From positions 40,920,001 to 40,984,000 of the forward strand of contig OX597826.1 in the NCBI GenBank assembly GCA_951406725.2: a stretch of DNA of 64,000 nucleotides, written 5' to 3'. The translations under genes were made by a program, and so were the position numbers. The notes beneath the pieces were generated by a model. The model was not told where the DNA came from. It saw only the letters and a program-made list of their open reading frames with translations, and searched no databases. Below are positions 1 through 13,684 of this stretch, in pieces. The stretch's first letter is position 1; each line of letters begins with the position of its first letter. Origin of the DNA: Octopus vulgaris. Its lineage: Eukaryota.

Positions 1-92
1 TATGCCTGTATGCGTGTATGCGTGTATGCGTGTATGTGTGTATGTATGTATGTATGTATGTATGTATGTATGTATGTATGTATGCATGTATG

Positions 93-455
93 TATGTCAC
101 TCATCTGTCTCGTTTTATGACTACGAAGATGACTCTTGAGTCCAGCTTTACTGAGGGAGGGTCTTGCACAGACACTGCATGTCAGCATCATAGGAAGACC
201 CTTCCCATCTGGAAGTGTAACAGCGATGCCCTTCCTGACATCCCTCCTTACTTTCTCATGTGCAACTCGAGATTTCTCAAAACTGTCTGTCCCCTCGTGC
301 ACAATCCTTCTCCACCTGCTACGATCAATAGCTATACCTTCCCATGTGTCAGGAGAGATGCAAGCATCTCTTAAGGAAGCTTTCAGCAAGTCCTTATACC
401 TCTTTTTTTGGTTTATGTGGAGGTCGTTCTCCTTTAGCTAACTCTCCATAAACTA
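93..455 (-). mobile_element. RTE-clade LINE, 3' coding fragment with terminal C2H2 finger
   Basis: Minus strand reads YGELAKGERPPHKPK/(frameshift)/RYKDLLKASLRDACISPDTWEGIAIDRSRWRR...CSVCARPSLSKAGLKSHLRSH, the typical RTE/BovB-like C-terminus; ends in (CATA)n. Confidence 0.8.
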
Positions 456-1542
456 CAGCCGGCTATTACCGGTAAAGGTTTTAGTTGCCAATTCTGTACA
501 AGACATTGTAGAAGTATGTATGTATGTATGTATGTATGTATGTATGTATGTATGTATGTATGTATGCTGGACGTTATTAAGGAAGTTCTCCAGAGGATGC
601 AGAGAAACTAGCATGGAAGTACCAGCGATGGAGAGCACTGGTAGACCTGGTCGCCTCTACGCACGACGACGCTTCTGAGACCACTAACCCGGATGACTCC
701 AGCCCCATCAAGCAAAAGCATGAGCAACCAAGAAGCAAGCAAGCATGTATGTATGTATGTATGTATGTATGTATGTATGTATGTATGTATGTATGTATGT
801 ATCTATGTATGTTGATATACTTCTAATCTGATATTTAGTGTTGTAACCTTATAGCATAGTTGGATGGTTGAAAGGCGACCAAGGTCGGCCACTTGAAATA
901 CTTTACTAAGTGAGGAAGGTAAAATACAAGAACTGTCAAAGAGTGGATGAATCCTGCAAAAGAGCCAACTAATATTTAGCAACAACGAACTACTCCAGGC
1001 AGTGAACTGCCCCACTGTTAGACCATTGGGAAATGATAGACCCCTAACTTAGAAATTTCATACAGCGTAGAATAATGGAAATAATGACAAATTTTCTTTT
1101 TTTTTTTCTTTTCTTTTTTTTTTAAGATCCACTAGAATCGGGGTAAGATTTCTCAGTTAACTAAAACTCTTAATTTTCTACTGCTCTAATGTTTTAGAGG
1201 AAATCAAGGCAAACCGTCCAGTAACCAAGGATCGGAATTGAATATTTTCCTTCAAATATTTTGGCCATTATGTCTTAAATCACTGTAGGAATTTTGTCAG
1301 TTCTGTTAACTATTCTCCACACAGAGTGTTGTGCAATTCACGTTCCTGGCCAATAAAAAAAAATGGAATTGTAAGGAGGATACATTACATGAGCTATTTG
1401 AGAGTTATTTGGAAAACTTTTAGTTTAGATGGGTGGATGATAACTACGAAGGTGATCGGTCGAACAGTTGAAAACATTGTGACTGATACACGTATTCTTT
1501 AATTGTATAAAAGAAAATTATATATACATATGTGTGTGTATG

Positions 1543-1588
<46 letters not shown>

Positions 1589-1597
1589 CATGTATAA

Positions 1598-1895
1598 TCT
1601 TTATATATAAAAGTGAAGTTGTGTGTCTGTCTCCTATGATTTAGATTCGTAACTACTCCCACATTTTGCGGTGCAGTGTAACCAAAAGCGGGTATCTTAT
1701 AGTCGTGATTCATATCGAGCCCTTCTGGGTATTAGCGCGCGTCTACGATGAGTCTACGATTAAAAAAAAATTTACCATAATTTTTTCCCATTTTTAATGC
1801 AATTTTTTGCTATTATATAAGGGAAGTAACTCTCTAAAAATGCTTATATAGTTTTTTCCCTTACAAACTCGAGCAACGCCGGGCGATACTGCTAG
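1598..1895 (+). mobile_element. Non-autonomous Helitron
   Basis: Starts TC after A (1598), ends CTAG before T (1892-1895), with a GC-rich subterminal hairpin-like motif ctcgagcaacgccggg just upstream of the end. Confidence 0.75.
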
Positions 1896-3849
1896 TGTTA
1901 TATAATTCTATATATAAGATGTTCTTTAATTGTTTTATATCATTGGTTTATTATTCTTAAATTAAAACATTGCATTTACTTCTTTTTATAATATGGAATC
2001 ATTTTGTTTCAATATCCATTCATTTGCAATTTTCTGTTATAGATTGATTAAAATTTTAATTTCAAGTACAGTCATAGCTATAAGGTGGACATAAAAAAGA
2101 CATCAGTAAATATGTTTGTTTTAAAATAAGAGGTAAGTGTACTCAACTAGGAGAGCATTCAAAGAACGGACTTATTCGATAATAAAATATTTCGTAATTA
2201 ATTTAGAATGCTAATATCAAACATCACCAACGTTTTTGAAAGGCCACAGTTGAATTCGGACATAAAAATATGTCATTAGATATTGCCAAGGAACTGAATC
2301 CGTCACACAACTTATTTCTGTCAATCCACCACCCACAGTGATCGAAATAGAAATGCCTCATTTACATTCCCACCTTCTCTTCCTAGTTTGTTAACAAGAG
2401 GACGTAACAGAGTTAATGAAAATAAAATAAAATAAAATGAAATGAAATAAAACACGCCATTCTCGACGAACGCCTAATTGGGCCTCGTTTTCACGTCACT
2501 TATTTCCAGCGATAAAATATCTCACATGCAGTCAGCCAGAAATCCACATTAATGGGCTTCGAAATTTCACTTCCTTTCTTCCATCCTTCCTTACTTCCTC
2601 ACTCTTTTTCTTTTTATTTTTTTCTTTGTTTTTATATTAATTTATATTTTTCTTCTTTCGTTTTCTCTGCTTCTTTTTGTTTTTGTTTGTTTGTGTTTTT
2701 CTCTTCCCTTTTTTTATTCAATTTTTTTCCTCCCCCTCATCATCGGCATAAATTGTATGTCGTCAGGTCAATTCCCTGTATATCCTTCCTCAGCTTTCAG
2801 GGTTGACGCACAGTTGCAGGATCACTGCAAATGGCTGATATTTTGGCTAGAATCCTGACAGGAAGAGAGCAATATTGATGAGAACTCTGGAGGAAAGGGA
2901 GTCAAAATAACGAAACGACCGTTTTTAATCTTCGTTGTTGTTTTGTTGTTGATGTCGTTGTTGATGTTGTTGATGAAGCTCTGCCATAGACGTGAGATGT
3001 AACGTAAGATCTACTAAATTATCTTCTTATCACCCGTCGATGTTGGCACAGAAGATAAGGCGCGGGATAGGAAAGCTTTTCGCGGGTATCTTTAGTTCAC
3101 TGCCTTAGATACCCTCTCTCCCTGAGTTCAAATCTCACTTGTGGTCGACCCTTACTTTTCGTTGCTTGTTGGTCGATAAGATAAGCACCTGTAATTTACT
3201 GAAACAAATTCAACCCTTCACATCCCCCTTTAGAACTTCCTTTTCATTTGCAAAATAAATATGTAGAGAGATGGAAAAATAAATAAATAGATAGATAAAT
3301 AAATAAACTTGGAGTGATAAATTCCTGGGGTAAATAGAGTCCTTGGACCAATTTCGAGTCTAAACTGGAACCAATTTGCTAATGTCTGAATTCTACGAAT
3401 CTACGTTTTCGTCTGTTAAATAAATATAATATATTATCCCAAGTGAACGGAGAACAGCGAGAATCAAGACGATAGGTTCAGGCAGATTTGAACGTGAATA
3501 TACTGGTCACAGTTGTATTTCGTTTTCGGAGAATACCTCCTCTTTTCGATACAAGTCTAAATCTTATTGACAAATCAAAAACGTGACTATCAATTTCTTA
3601 AAGATAGTTTAGCATCACAGTCTCTCATCCCCTCCCCAACGCTTTAAAATATATGGGTTTCCCGCTTATGTAAGAACAATTGTCGTTACCACCCACTCTC
3701 GTGCCTTGACCTGAAAATCGTGAGCAAGAGGTAGACTTTCACTCCTGATCAAACACAAATATAAAAAATTTAAACATCTAATAATTATAAACGAAAAAAA
3801 CTACTTAAACCATAACAAGTATAACGATGGTATATAGTACCAATAATAT

Positions 3850-4157
3850 GTTGTTTGTTCCTTCTCGAGTCATGCCTGGCTCATAAGGGCCGGTTTCCAA
3901 CTTTCCTTGGCGTATAGGTTCCCCACCTGGACGGGACGCCGGTCCGTCGCAGGTGAGCTGCAAGATGCAGGAGGAAAGAGTGAGAGAAAGTTGTGGCGAA
4001 AGAGCCAGCAGAATTTCGCCATTACCTTCTGCCGGAGTCGCGTGGAGATTAGGTGTTTCGCTCATAAACACACATGCACATCGCCCGGTCGGAGATTCGA
4101 ACCCGCAACCCCTCGACTGCGAGTCCACTGCTCTAACCACTAGGCCATGTGCCTCCA
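3850..4157 (-). mobile_element. tRNA-derived SINE (family A)
   Basis: Minus-strand tRNA-like head GGAGGCACATGGCCTAGTGGTTAGAGCAG...GGTTCGAATCTCC with A and B boxes; body similar to the copies at 24308, 37484 and 40675; imperfect flanking duplication taccaa(t/a)aatat. Confidence 0.8.
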
Positions 4158-5254
4158 TACCAAAAATATAGGAGGGAAGAAATATTATTAAATGATTGGT
4201 TGAAATGGTCCTTTCTTTTCATCGTTACAATATAAGATACAACTTCTTCGAGTCGTAGTACAAAGATTATTCGTAGTACTGATATCCATTCTGTAGGTAG
4301 TTAAGTCCATCTTTTGTTGACTGCTAGAAGACTGGTGGGGAAAATGCGAGAGAGAAAGAGTAAGAGAGTCTAAACAAGTAGAGAGGGTAAGAGCTGTGTA
4401 TTCCCTCGCTTAAAGTGCTTCCTCCGTCGGCGCCGAAAGAAGACCAAATTTTGTTACTGTATTTTATATATGCTGGAAAACTGGATGTAGATCAGAGAAC
4501 AATGGAAAGTCTCTCTCGAACTGTATTTAACCCGAGAATGATAGAACCTAACTCAATAGAACCTAACTCAATGTGACAGTTGACTCTCATGAATTTCGAA
4601 GAGCAAAAGCCGAGAACAATAGAAAAGGAGCAAGTAGAAAAATATAGATTCGGTTTAGAATCTAGGAAACTATTCGCTATACAAGTATTGCTGTGAACTT
4701 GAAGATATTCTCCACAATTGTTGACATAAACTAACATGTAGAACGTTGAGTAGAAACAGCCTTCGTCAATTTCTACTCAAGACCACCGCTTTACTAAGAG
4801 ATCGTAGCCTACAACCGACTTAGCTATTTGGCAGAGTCGTTAGAGCGTCAGACAGATTGCTTTGTGGTCATTTGTACTGGCTCTCTACATTCAGAGTTCA
4901 AATCTCACCGTTGTCAACTTTACTTTTCACCCTTCTACATCGATAAAATACCAGTTCTACATTGGAATTCAGTTCTCTTTCTTTCACGACTTATGTCATA
5001 GTGGTACCCTATGACTTCAACACACAAGGAAAGTAGTTTACATAAACAGATAGATATTTATAAACTACATATACATACATGTATGTGTAAGCTACATATA
5101 CGTTAAACCACATATATGTACATGTAAACGATAGATAGACAGACACACACATACACACACGCACACATATATATGTGTGCTTGCATATGTAAGCTACATA
5201 TACAAGGTAGATGTTATTTAGATTACAACTGAGTTAATTTACACATTACATCAA

Positions 5255-5432
5255 GTTTTGGCACAAAGCCAGCAATTTCGGGAAAGGGATAGGTCGATTA
5301 GATCGATTCCAGGGTTCAACTTGATGAAAGGTAAAGTCAACCTCGGCGGAATTTGAACTCAGAACATAAAGACAGGCGAAATATCTAAAGCCTTTTGGCC
5401 GGCGTGCTTACAATTCTGCCAGCTAACCGCCT
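5255..5432 (-). mobile_element. SINE (family B), degenerate
   Basis: Reverse complement of the ggcgg..agctggcagaat...ctgagttcaaattccgccgaggt.gactttacctttcatc motif seen best at 47069-47300. Confidence 0.7.
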
Positions 5433-6494
5433 TATTTAATTTGACTGGTTTGGCAACTGTTAAACATTGGCAAACGACATGAAACTTAGTCGAAATGTAG
5501 ACATGTATAAAACGTTTGACTAAATGTTGGGTGTATATTTCGGAGTATACAGTTTTAGTATATACTCCGAATTGTCAGCAAAATGACATAATTAACAGAA
5601 AAACTAGAAAAGGTTTTCGTACTCACGTGTAGGTTTGTTCTGATGTCGTTCGTTGTCTTTTTTATTTTTTTTTTTTTGTGGAATTTGCTACTTTTAACAA
5701 ATTCTCTCAGTAGATCCTGGTCACTGGTCTCTAATTAAATAACGCGTTTCCTTCATTAAAATTTTAATTGCATCAGATGTTGAATACCAGAAATGTCTTC
5801 GATATTTTACATTCTCCTGCCAACATTCAATTTACACAACACTCATTAATTTTAGTCATTTACCTGCTTTTCGTTTATTTTTTATTTATCATATTTATAT
5901 GTTTATGTTTTTTGTATATTTGATTTATTCATTTAATCTCTGAATTTCAAGATTGTAAGAATCGCTGCTTAAATTATTAATCCCCAAGTCAGCGCTGTTC
6001 GTTCAGACCTATGATCAAAAGCATTCTCTCCATGACCATCCTGTCCTACTGTCCACTGTGCTACATTGTACAATTTATTTGTTCCTTCTTTACAAAATGA
6101 TGAGTATAGTTTGGAAGAAAAATTGGTCGCTATTTCTAGCAGATTAACTAGTCGTATAACAGCCACATTCATGACTCGTTAAATATTTGGTGCCTTTATT
6201 ACGTATGTAACTGTAATTATTCCTACTAATGAGAACCTATAATCATACACTATTCTCCACCACCAGAATTGCGTGACCCATAAAATACCTTGTGGTATTT
6301 CTTTTGGCTCTTTACGTTTTAACTTCAAATTCCGCCGAGGTCAACGTTGCCTTTATCCCGTCAGGGTCGGTATAACAATGTACCAGTCAAGAACTGAGGT
6401 CGATGTATTTGACTCATCGCTGCCCCCGAAATTGCTGGCCTTGTGCCAAAATTTGAACCCATTGTTATTGTTGTTGTTGTTGTTGAGTGAGAGA

Positions 6495-6725
6495 GTAGTG
6501 CATACCATTAAAATAACACTGGGGTACAAATATACGAAGCAGAGTGTACCCATCATGACTACCCGTCTGATAAGGGTACACCAGGCACAAGCATCAAACC
6601 ATATGTGCGCGACATGGTGATCTCATATCAAAATAAACAGCGTATGACCTTGCAGGTATGAGATTGCAGGCCCACTTAGAATTTTCTTCAGGTCGAGTAG
6701 TCCATCCCGCTCAAAAGGTCCCTTA
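6495..6725. repeat. Interspersed repeat fragment (probably retroelement-derived) ending in a fold-back
   Basis: Non-coding, higher-complexity block recalled as a common octopus repeat; its end is inverted at 6732-6750. Confidence 0.4.
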
Positions 6726-7548
6726 TTCAGAGACCTTTTGAGTGGGATGGGGTACAATATTTCACTGTCGAGTGGTTTGGGAAATGGCTCTGGCGAAAGT
6801 AGCATTAATTTTCTTAGGTCGTTCAATTTGTTTCAATTAATCAATAAACTAATTGAGTAAACCTATCAGTAATGTACCTATAATGAACACTGGAAACAGC
6901 TGTAAGCCAAATTTGCTCTGATAAAGGGAAAATATGTAATGACTGTTATCTTTAACTTATTCTTTATATATCACTCTGTGTAAAAGCCAGGTTATATGGA
7001 GCCCATCCACAGATTTACAATATAGAATTGTGATGACCTTTAACTTGGAACTCAGAAACTAAGAAAAAAGACAATATTTCACTGTCGAGTGGTTTTGGTA
7101 TTGTGGATGACATGGCCTCTAGTTTACTTCTATGTCTGTCTGTGTCTCGACTCTAGTCTGTCTCGCAACGTCTCCCCTCCCACCTCTCTCTCCTCCTCTT
7201 TACACCCCCCCCCCTCTGTCTCTCTCTCTCTCTTGTCAGTTATTTTTATTATCATTTATAACCAAACGCTATAACCATCTACCTTGTCTTTTTGGCTTTG
7301 CTATGTTTTTTTTCTTCTGACAAGCCAAAATGTTAGTTCTAAAATCCAAGAGATCAACGCAGTAATCGTATTAACAAGTATTAACAAGTAATGCTCGTAG
7401 CCACTTCGACATGGCTGTTCGTTCGAACTTTACAGTGATTTTTTTTTAATCCCTAGAGGACATCACCTCTAGCTGGTTAACGATGCACACCTGCATCCGA
7501 GATATTGCGAGCAGGGGAGCGAACCCCTATCACCTTCTAGAGACGGGA

Positions 7549-7598
7549 CCAGCAGACCAGCCTGGTTTCGGGCTATTTCTGTCTCTCTTAAGTACTGG
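7549..7598 (-). ncRNA. Degenerate type I hammerhead ribozyme motif
   Basis: ccagta-CTTAAGA-gagacagaaatagccc-GAAA-ccaggctgg-TC-tgctgg: 6-bp stem I and stem III intact, core CTGANGA mutated to CTTAAGA, stem II eroded. Confidence 0.5.
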
Positions 7599-8299
7599 AC
7601 ACCTCGTCTATTAGAGATGGCAGTAGCTCGCTTTTACTCGCAATGTATATAGTTTCAAGTGATATACAGTCGCTGATTTTACAACAAGCAAAATTGCTAG
7701 TTTTCTCTTTTTCTTTATTTTTACCGCTTCTTATCCCAAACCTTTGTCGAAACCTATGATAAATACATTTGACCACCATATCCAGATAATGTATGCTAAT
7801 TTATGAAACTCATCTGATTTAGAATTGGTTCCACTTACTCGACTGACAGATCACTTGCCATTGTTTCTGCTGTTATTTTCAACTCTTTGCTTTTGCTATT
7901 TTTGTTTTGTTTTTTGTTTTTGTTTTTTGTTGTTGTTTTTTCTTCTTGTTATTTCATTGAAGATTTCTCAATCGTGACCCATAGATGGAGTATATGATAA
8001 AATAATGAAAAACGGAATTTTTAAATGCTCATTTCGGAGTTTGTACATATTTAACAAAATAATTTCCTATATTGAGGTGAAAGTCTTTCCAACAGCTCAA
8101 AGTATCCAAACAATTAGCCGATAAAGACTCCTTCGGTAGCTAATTACGATCTAAAATCAACAAGTTTGCTTCCCAACCACATTATTCGGGTTCGGTCCCA
8201 CTGCGTGGCACCTTGGGAAAGTGTCTCTACTATAGCCTCAGGCTGACCAAAGCCTTGTGCGTGGATTTGGTCAACAGAAGTATTGGCATTCCTGTACTT

Positions 8300-8560
8300 C
8301 TCTGAGTTTTTATGAATTTAGATAAGGCACAAGTTTTGCCAATCATCAAACCCTTCAAATTCTAAAACGATAACAGAAGATGCAAAGTTTGGAAAGTGTT
8401 TACAACCAAAACAATAAACTCGACCTTTTGAGGGATAAATACGCAAACCACTCTTGCTGCTTTTGTTACCACATTGACTTCTGTTAAATATAAACGAAGC
8501 GATTCTGTGTAAAATCCGGACTGCATTTTGTCCACGCACATGCAATTAAAAACTGGTCCA
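8300..8560 (-). pseudogene. hAT-family transposase N-terminal TTF zinc-finger fragment
   Basis: IYPSKGRVYCFGCKHF...EGFDDWQN...IH matches the ZMYM1/hAT TTF-finger pattern; interrupted by stops. Confidence 0.5.
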
Positions 8561-10481
8561 CAACATATGCTGAACTTCAAGAAGAATACTTCATCATGTG
8601 GTAATTCTTTGAATCAACTAACATCTGTATTTGGCATCATCTCTGTCTGTGTCTGGAATGCTTCGGAACTCACCTGCCATACAAGCTATGAACTAAAACA
8701 TTTATCTATCTAAATTATTTTCTTTAGCTTTGAATTAGTTCTATATTTTTATTTTGAGCCTGTATCATGGCTGCTTCTTCATAATCAGCTCGATGTTCCA
8801 TCTCTGTTTCACTGTTTCTTGGAGGTTTTCTTCTCGTTGAATACTTGTAGATGGCACTGGTTAACTCCACCGCACTGGTTTCTCTGTTTTTGTATCAATG
8901 TATCTGTTTCTCCTCTGACACTTGTTGCTTCTTGTCAATAGCCGATGTCAGAAGACAGTGATTGATCTTCAGTTACTCTTTTACTCTTTTACTTGTTTCA
9001 GTCATTTGACTGCGGCCATGCTGGAGCATCGTATCATTTTCAAATCTCTTTTCGCTTATTAACACAACTTTCAAATCTTTTACTCCTGCTCAGATTACAA
9101 TCTGGAAATTAAAAAAAACTAGACTTGACCCTCCGTAGATACGTGCACAGCTGTGTTTTCAACTTTCCTATGACACTGTGTTCCTGGAAGGACAAGATCG
9201 ATACAGAAACCAATACCAGTGTCAAATTATCGACTCAAGACACTACCATCATGAAAGGGAAAGCAAATAAAATTTACTGAAGGGTTATTTGTATACTACA
9301 GTATGATATGAGACTATGAGTAAGAAAGGTCTATGACAGTGGGAGAAATGCTTATGTTAACTGGAGACCTGAGGATAAATTAAGCACTTCATGTGGCTAA
9401 ACAAAAGCTTAACCTTTTCTAGAAATCATAAAGTCCATAAGGATAGTGCCTATCTTCTGTCTTGTTAGTTTTTAGTGAAGACGAAGATTGGGAAATTTGA
9501 CTCAGTACTGAAAATAAGGTGGTTAACCGTCATTGTAGTTATAACATTATTAAATTTATTTGATACATTAGACGGTCGTAAGCGTCTGTAACGTTTATAT
9601 AGCCTCACCGTGGACAATAAAAAGGGGATCGACCGAACAAACGTTTCAAATGTTATTAAATTCCCTTCGGTAATCGCTTACCCGTCTCTTAAATGTCCAT
9701 TGTGAAATTGTATTTAAAGCCATTGTTATTAGACGTATAACTAAATCGAGCAGACTGATTTGAATACATGACATAGTTTTGGCCGTTAGTTTTATTAAGT
9801 ACACAAAAGTGAATATATCGAGTTTTTCTCCTCGCACACAAAAAAAATTAAGGAGATTACCCTAACATGTTTCAAGGTCAATCGTTAAAAGATAAACACC
9901 TCCCACTTCTCAGTATACATAGAGAACTTGATAGTTATTATTATCAAGTACTCTATCATGAAATAAGCTTTCACTATCAAGGCCCTGGAGGTTAAGTAAT
10001 GCTTCAAAAAGAACACGAACTGGTAACATTTCTTCAGTAGTTTAACGGTCGTACACCATACCGATGAACTAACCATGAAGCTAATTACTATCAGCCGTCC
10101 AGTTTCCACTAGAATATTTTTAATTCACTGCCAAATTTGCGTGTATCAAGGGATCAGAATAGATATCCTATCGCTGATTCCTTCAGAGTATTAACCCATA
10201 GAGAGGAATTACAGAATGGTAAACTATTTTGCTATCATTTTGGGAATTGGTAAATTATCACAATCTAAATTCTAAGAGATCTTTATAACGATGTTAATAA
10301 TTAAGGCAGCGAATGGTTATCTAGAGAGCACTACATGCAATTACGACATCTAATTACGTCACTTCGTGTTCTGAATGTAGCCTTGGCCACTGTGAGATTA
10401 ATGAAGTCTATTGCAATCATTTCGTTGCCAGATCGACGCCACACTTTTCCCATATCCTAGAGTCAGCCTAAACCTTATATG

Positions 10482-10626
<145 letters not shown>

Positions 10627-10673
10627 GTATATATATGTATATATATATGTATATATATATGTATGTATATATG

Positions 10674-10717
<44 letters not shown>

Positions 10718-10829
10718 GCACACATACATATATACATACATACGTAAATACATACATACATACATACATACATACATACATACATACATACATACATACA
10801 TACATACATCTGAATAAATTCTCCACCCT

Positions 10830-11377
10830 GTATTGAGTACAGTCGATCTATATTCATTCCCACTTCGTGTGCAATTTCCTGGATCGTTACACGACAGTTT
10901 TCCATGACTCAAATCGTTCCTCGTTTCAGCTTGTGGACGGCCTGCTCGAATGTGCCTCGCCTCCACTGAGATGCGGCCATTTCTGAAACGGTTGTACAAC
11001 TCCTTAATCTGAGCTTTGCTCTTGGCATCATTACCGAAGGCCTGCTGAATCTTCTGGATGTTGTTGGTCGAGTGATCATAGCTAGGTCCCTTCCTTAAAT
11101 CCCTTCTCGGAGTCTCCCTTATATCCCAACTTGGTGTCTCCCTAAAACCAAGCTTATTGCAAAACTTGATACAATATTTCTGCTCGATACATTCGGTTAT
11201 CTTGCTTGGAATCGAAAATCCGACGAGCATAACAGTCTGGAACTGACACAGCCTACCGACAGCAACATTTTTCACGCATGCGCAAGAATAGTGGCGTCAC
11301 TTCTCATTGAAAGAATTTTGCCTGCGCGGCATTAGTTTTGGCGGGAAAAAAGTTGGATACTTTTTGAGTGCATTTCG
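10830..11377 (-). mobile_element. 5' half of a mariner element, decayed
   Basis: Terminus TA-cgaaatgcactcaaaaagtatccaac; protein EQKYCIKFCNKLG...IQKIQQAFG...YNRFRNGR...GRP...[15 protein letters not shown] (paired HTH domains); frameshifted and truncated at a (TACA)n array. Confidence 0.85.
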
Positions 11378-12049
11378 TATATATATATATATATAATAAA
11401 ACTTTACATATATAAATATAAATAACGTGAAATACACGAAGAGACGAACATGAAAAACAGACAGGTCATTCAAAGCCTTCATTCTTCAGTCAGAAACCGA
11501 TTCATCATTGCAAATTTCGGCTCTTTAATTCTGAGATCTGCTCCGAATCGGCCAGCCCCAAGGAAAACTAAGCTATGGGCATTAGATCTCTTGGTAGAAG
11601 GAAAGAATGCAAACGCAACAGAGACGAACATGAAACGAAAAAGACTTTTTTGAAGACAGTAACGGTTAAAAACAAGAATGACACAGGCGTCCTACGACTT
11701 TGAGACAAAATGAGACACAAAAACAATTTATCAGCAAGCGTGGAAAAACAATATATACATATATATATATTAAAAGTATTCCTAATGACGTGACATTATA
11801 CTTTTAACAATATTTGTCAATCTTAAAATGTTACTGTTGCCTGGTTATTGACAGAATGTCAAGGACTGAAACCAAAGATGTCTTAAATGTGTAGACTTAT
11901 AATAATTTCATAAAAATTGGCTTTATTCGGGGCTCAAGAAGTTAGATCCTTAAACTCGTCTATATATGGATCATACTCGTGTTGATCCTATCCAATTGCT
12001 GCTTATACTAACGGGTTCTTTTCACATGGTGGCCAGATAAAAATGTTCA

Positions 12050-12330
12050 ATCTTAAAATACACTTTACATGAAATTTTGTCCCCAAGAATGATGTGTTAA
12101 ATGTCTGGTTGTTGGACAACTCCGAATTTCAGAACAATTTTTGTTTTTAGTAATAGAAAATTGGCTGCATTCCTTACTAACAGTTCTCTGTTATCTGCAA
12201 TACAATGGAATTGCAGAACGAATGGTTCAATCAATTAAAATGAAGTTGAAAGTGATTTTCTCCATATTTGCACCGCCTATAGTTCATTTACCATACTGTT
12301 CCTCATCTTATATGCTACATTGATAGAATG
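12050..12330 (+). pseudogene. Gypsy-like integrase remnant
   Basis: QYNGIAERMVQSIKMKLK resembles the integrase PQSNG.AER.V.TIK..L motif; highly decayed. Confidence 0.55.
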
Positions 12331-13295
12331 CCAAATTTGTGTGCTCGTGACCAGATCCTGTTCCATGTGGAAGTCATTTCTAGTATTTGTGAATTATTTA
12401 CTTCATTACACGTCACACTTTTTTTCTGCCAGACACAGAGTATCTTGAGTTACAATATACAATGTCATTTTTTTTTTTTCTTTTGAAATGTAGGATGTAA
12501 TTTGAAGGCAGCCCTGACCGACACGTAGAACAATCATCTTGTCCAGGCAGTGAGGTATGGCATATGGCTGGATCTGCTGCCTTCTTTTTGGATTCGAGGT
12601 CGAGGTAGAGTTGATCTATGTTCAGCACCACAGAACATAAACCAACACAATCCAAAAGTGGTAGTCAAAGGTGTTGACATCGGCATTGGACCCTAGCATA
12701 TTGTTCCCTTTATTGTATAATACGAGTGGAAGATAAGTACGGGGGTGAGGAGCAACGAAAAGTGGTCGAGTGGAAAGTCAGAATGGATCTGCAAGCTCAA
12801 AATTATATGGTAATTTCGTAGCTGAGCCCAGTTCCTGGAGCAGAAACACGAGTAGTGATACTGGCAGTGCACGGGAGGTAAAGTCACCTGAAAATTTTCT
12901 CCCTGAAAAGCTGGAAAGACAGAGAGAGGGCAATATAGAAAGAGAGAGAGAGAGAGAGAGAGAGAAACAGAGACAGACAGAGACAGACAGACAGACAGAC
13001 AGACAAACAGCAGTGTACAGCAGCAAATCCACCACCACCATCAACAACAAAAATTGCCGGGAGAGAACTGTTTCAATAACACCGTCAATCGAAATTCCAG
13101 AAATGGCGGAAGACATCGTTCTCCGTTCAGTAATGCATGCAAACCCTCAACACCCCTACTACCAGCTTCTTTCTCGTGGTACCATGCCACCCACTTGTGA
13201 TGATGGAGAGCAAGTGGAGTCAAGAGAGGAGTAGCAGACTGTTACAGAGAAACACAAATAAACCAAACGACATCGACAACAAAAAGCAATAATTA

Positions 13296-13433
13296 TTCTG
13301 TATTACCCACAAGGGGCTAAACATAGAGGGGACAAACAAGGACAGACATAGGTATTAAGTCGATTACATCGACCCCAGTGCGTGACTGGTACTTAATTTA
13401 TCGACCCCGGAAGGATGAAAGGCAAAGTCGACC
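13296..13433 (-). mobile_element. SINE (family B), 3' part
   Basis: Close reverse-complement match to 22130-22265 and 47160-47300. Confidence 0.8.
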
Positions 13434-13684
13434 CAAGCAATACGGTGTGCAAAACTCACGAAGAAAACCCCCACTTCACCCACTGACATGACGTTGTTGG
13501 TCGAGTGATCATAGCTAAGTCCCTTCCTCAAATCACTTCTCGGAGTCTCCCTTAGGTCCCAGCTAGGTGTCTCCCTAAAATCACAGCTAGGTCTGTATAA
13601 AACCGATAGAGAAGTTTTGCGTGGGTGGGATGTAGATCATAAAGCCGATATTTACAAGTCATGTAAATGAGGGGAAGACTACCC

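Noticed and set aside
9620-9680. Further hammerhead-like word pairs (also near 6880, 11930, 16680 and 31300)
   Set aside because: Cores are multiply mutated and stem I cannot be formed convincingly.
12620-12632. TGGTGCTGAA on the minus strand as an LTR primer-binding site
   Set aside because: It is not preceded by an LTR-terminal CA, and no paired LTR was found.
12770-13234. 154-aa ORF
   Set aside because: It spans (GA)n/(GACA)n and (CAA)n tracts, has no recognisable domain and no clear splice context.
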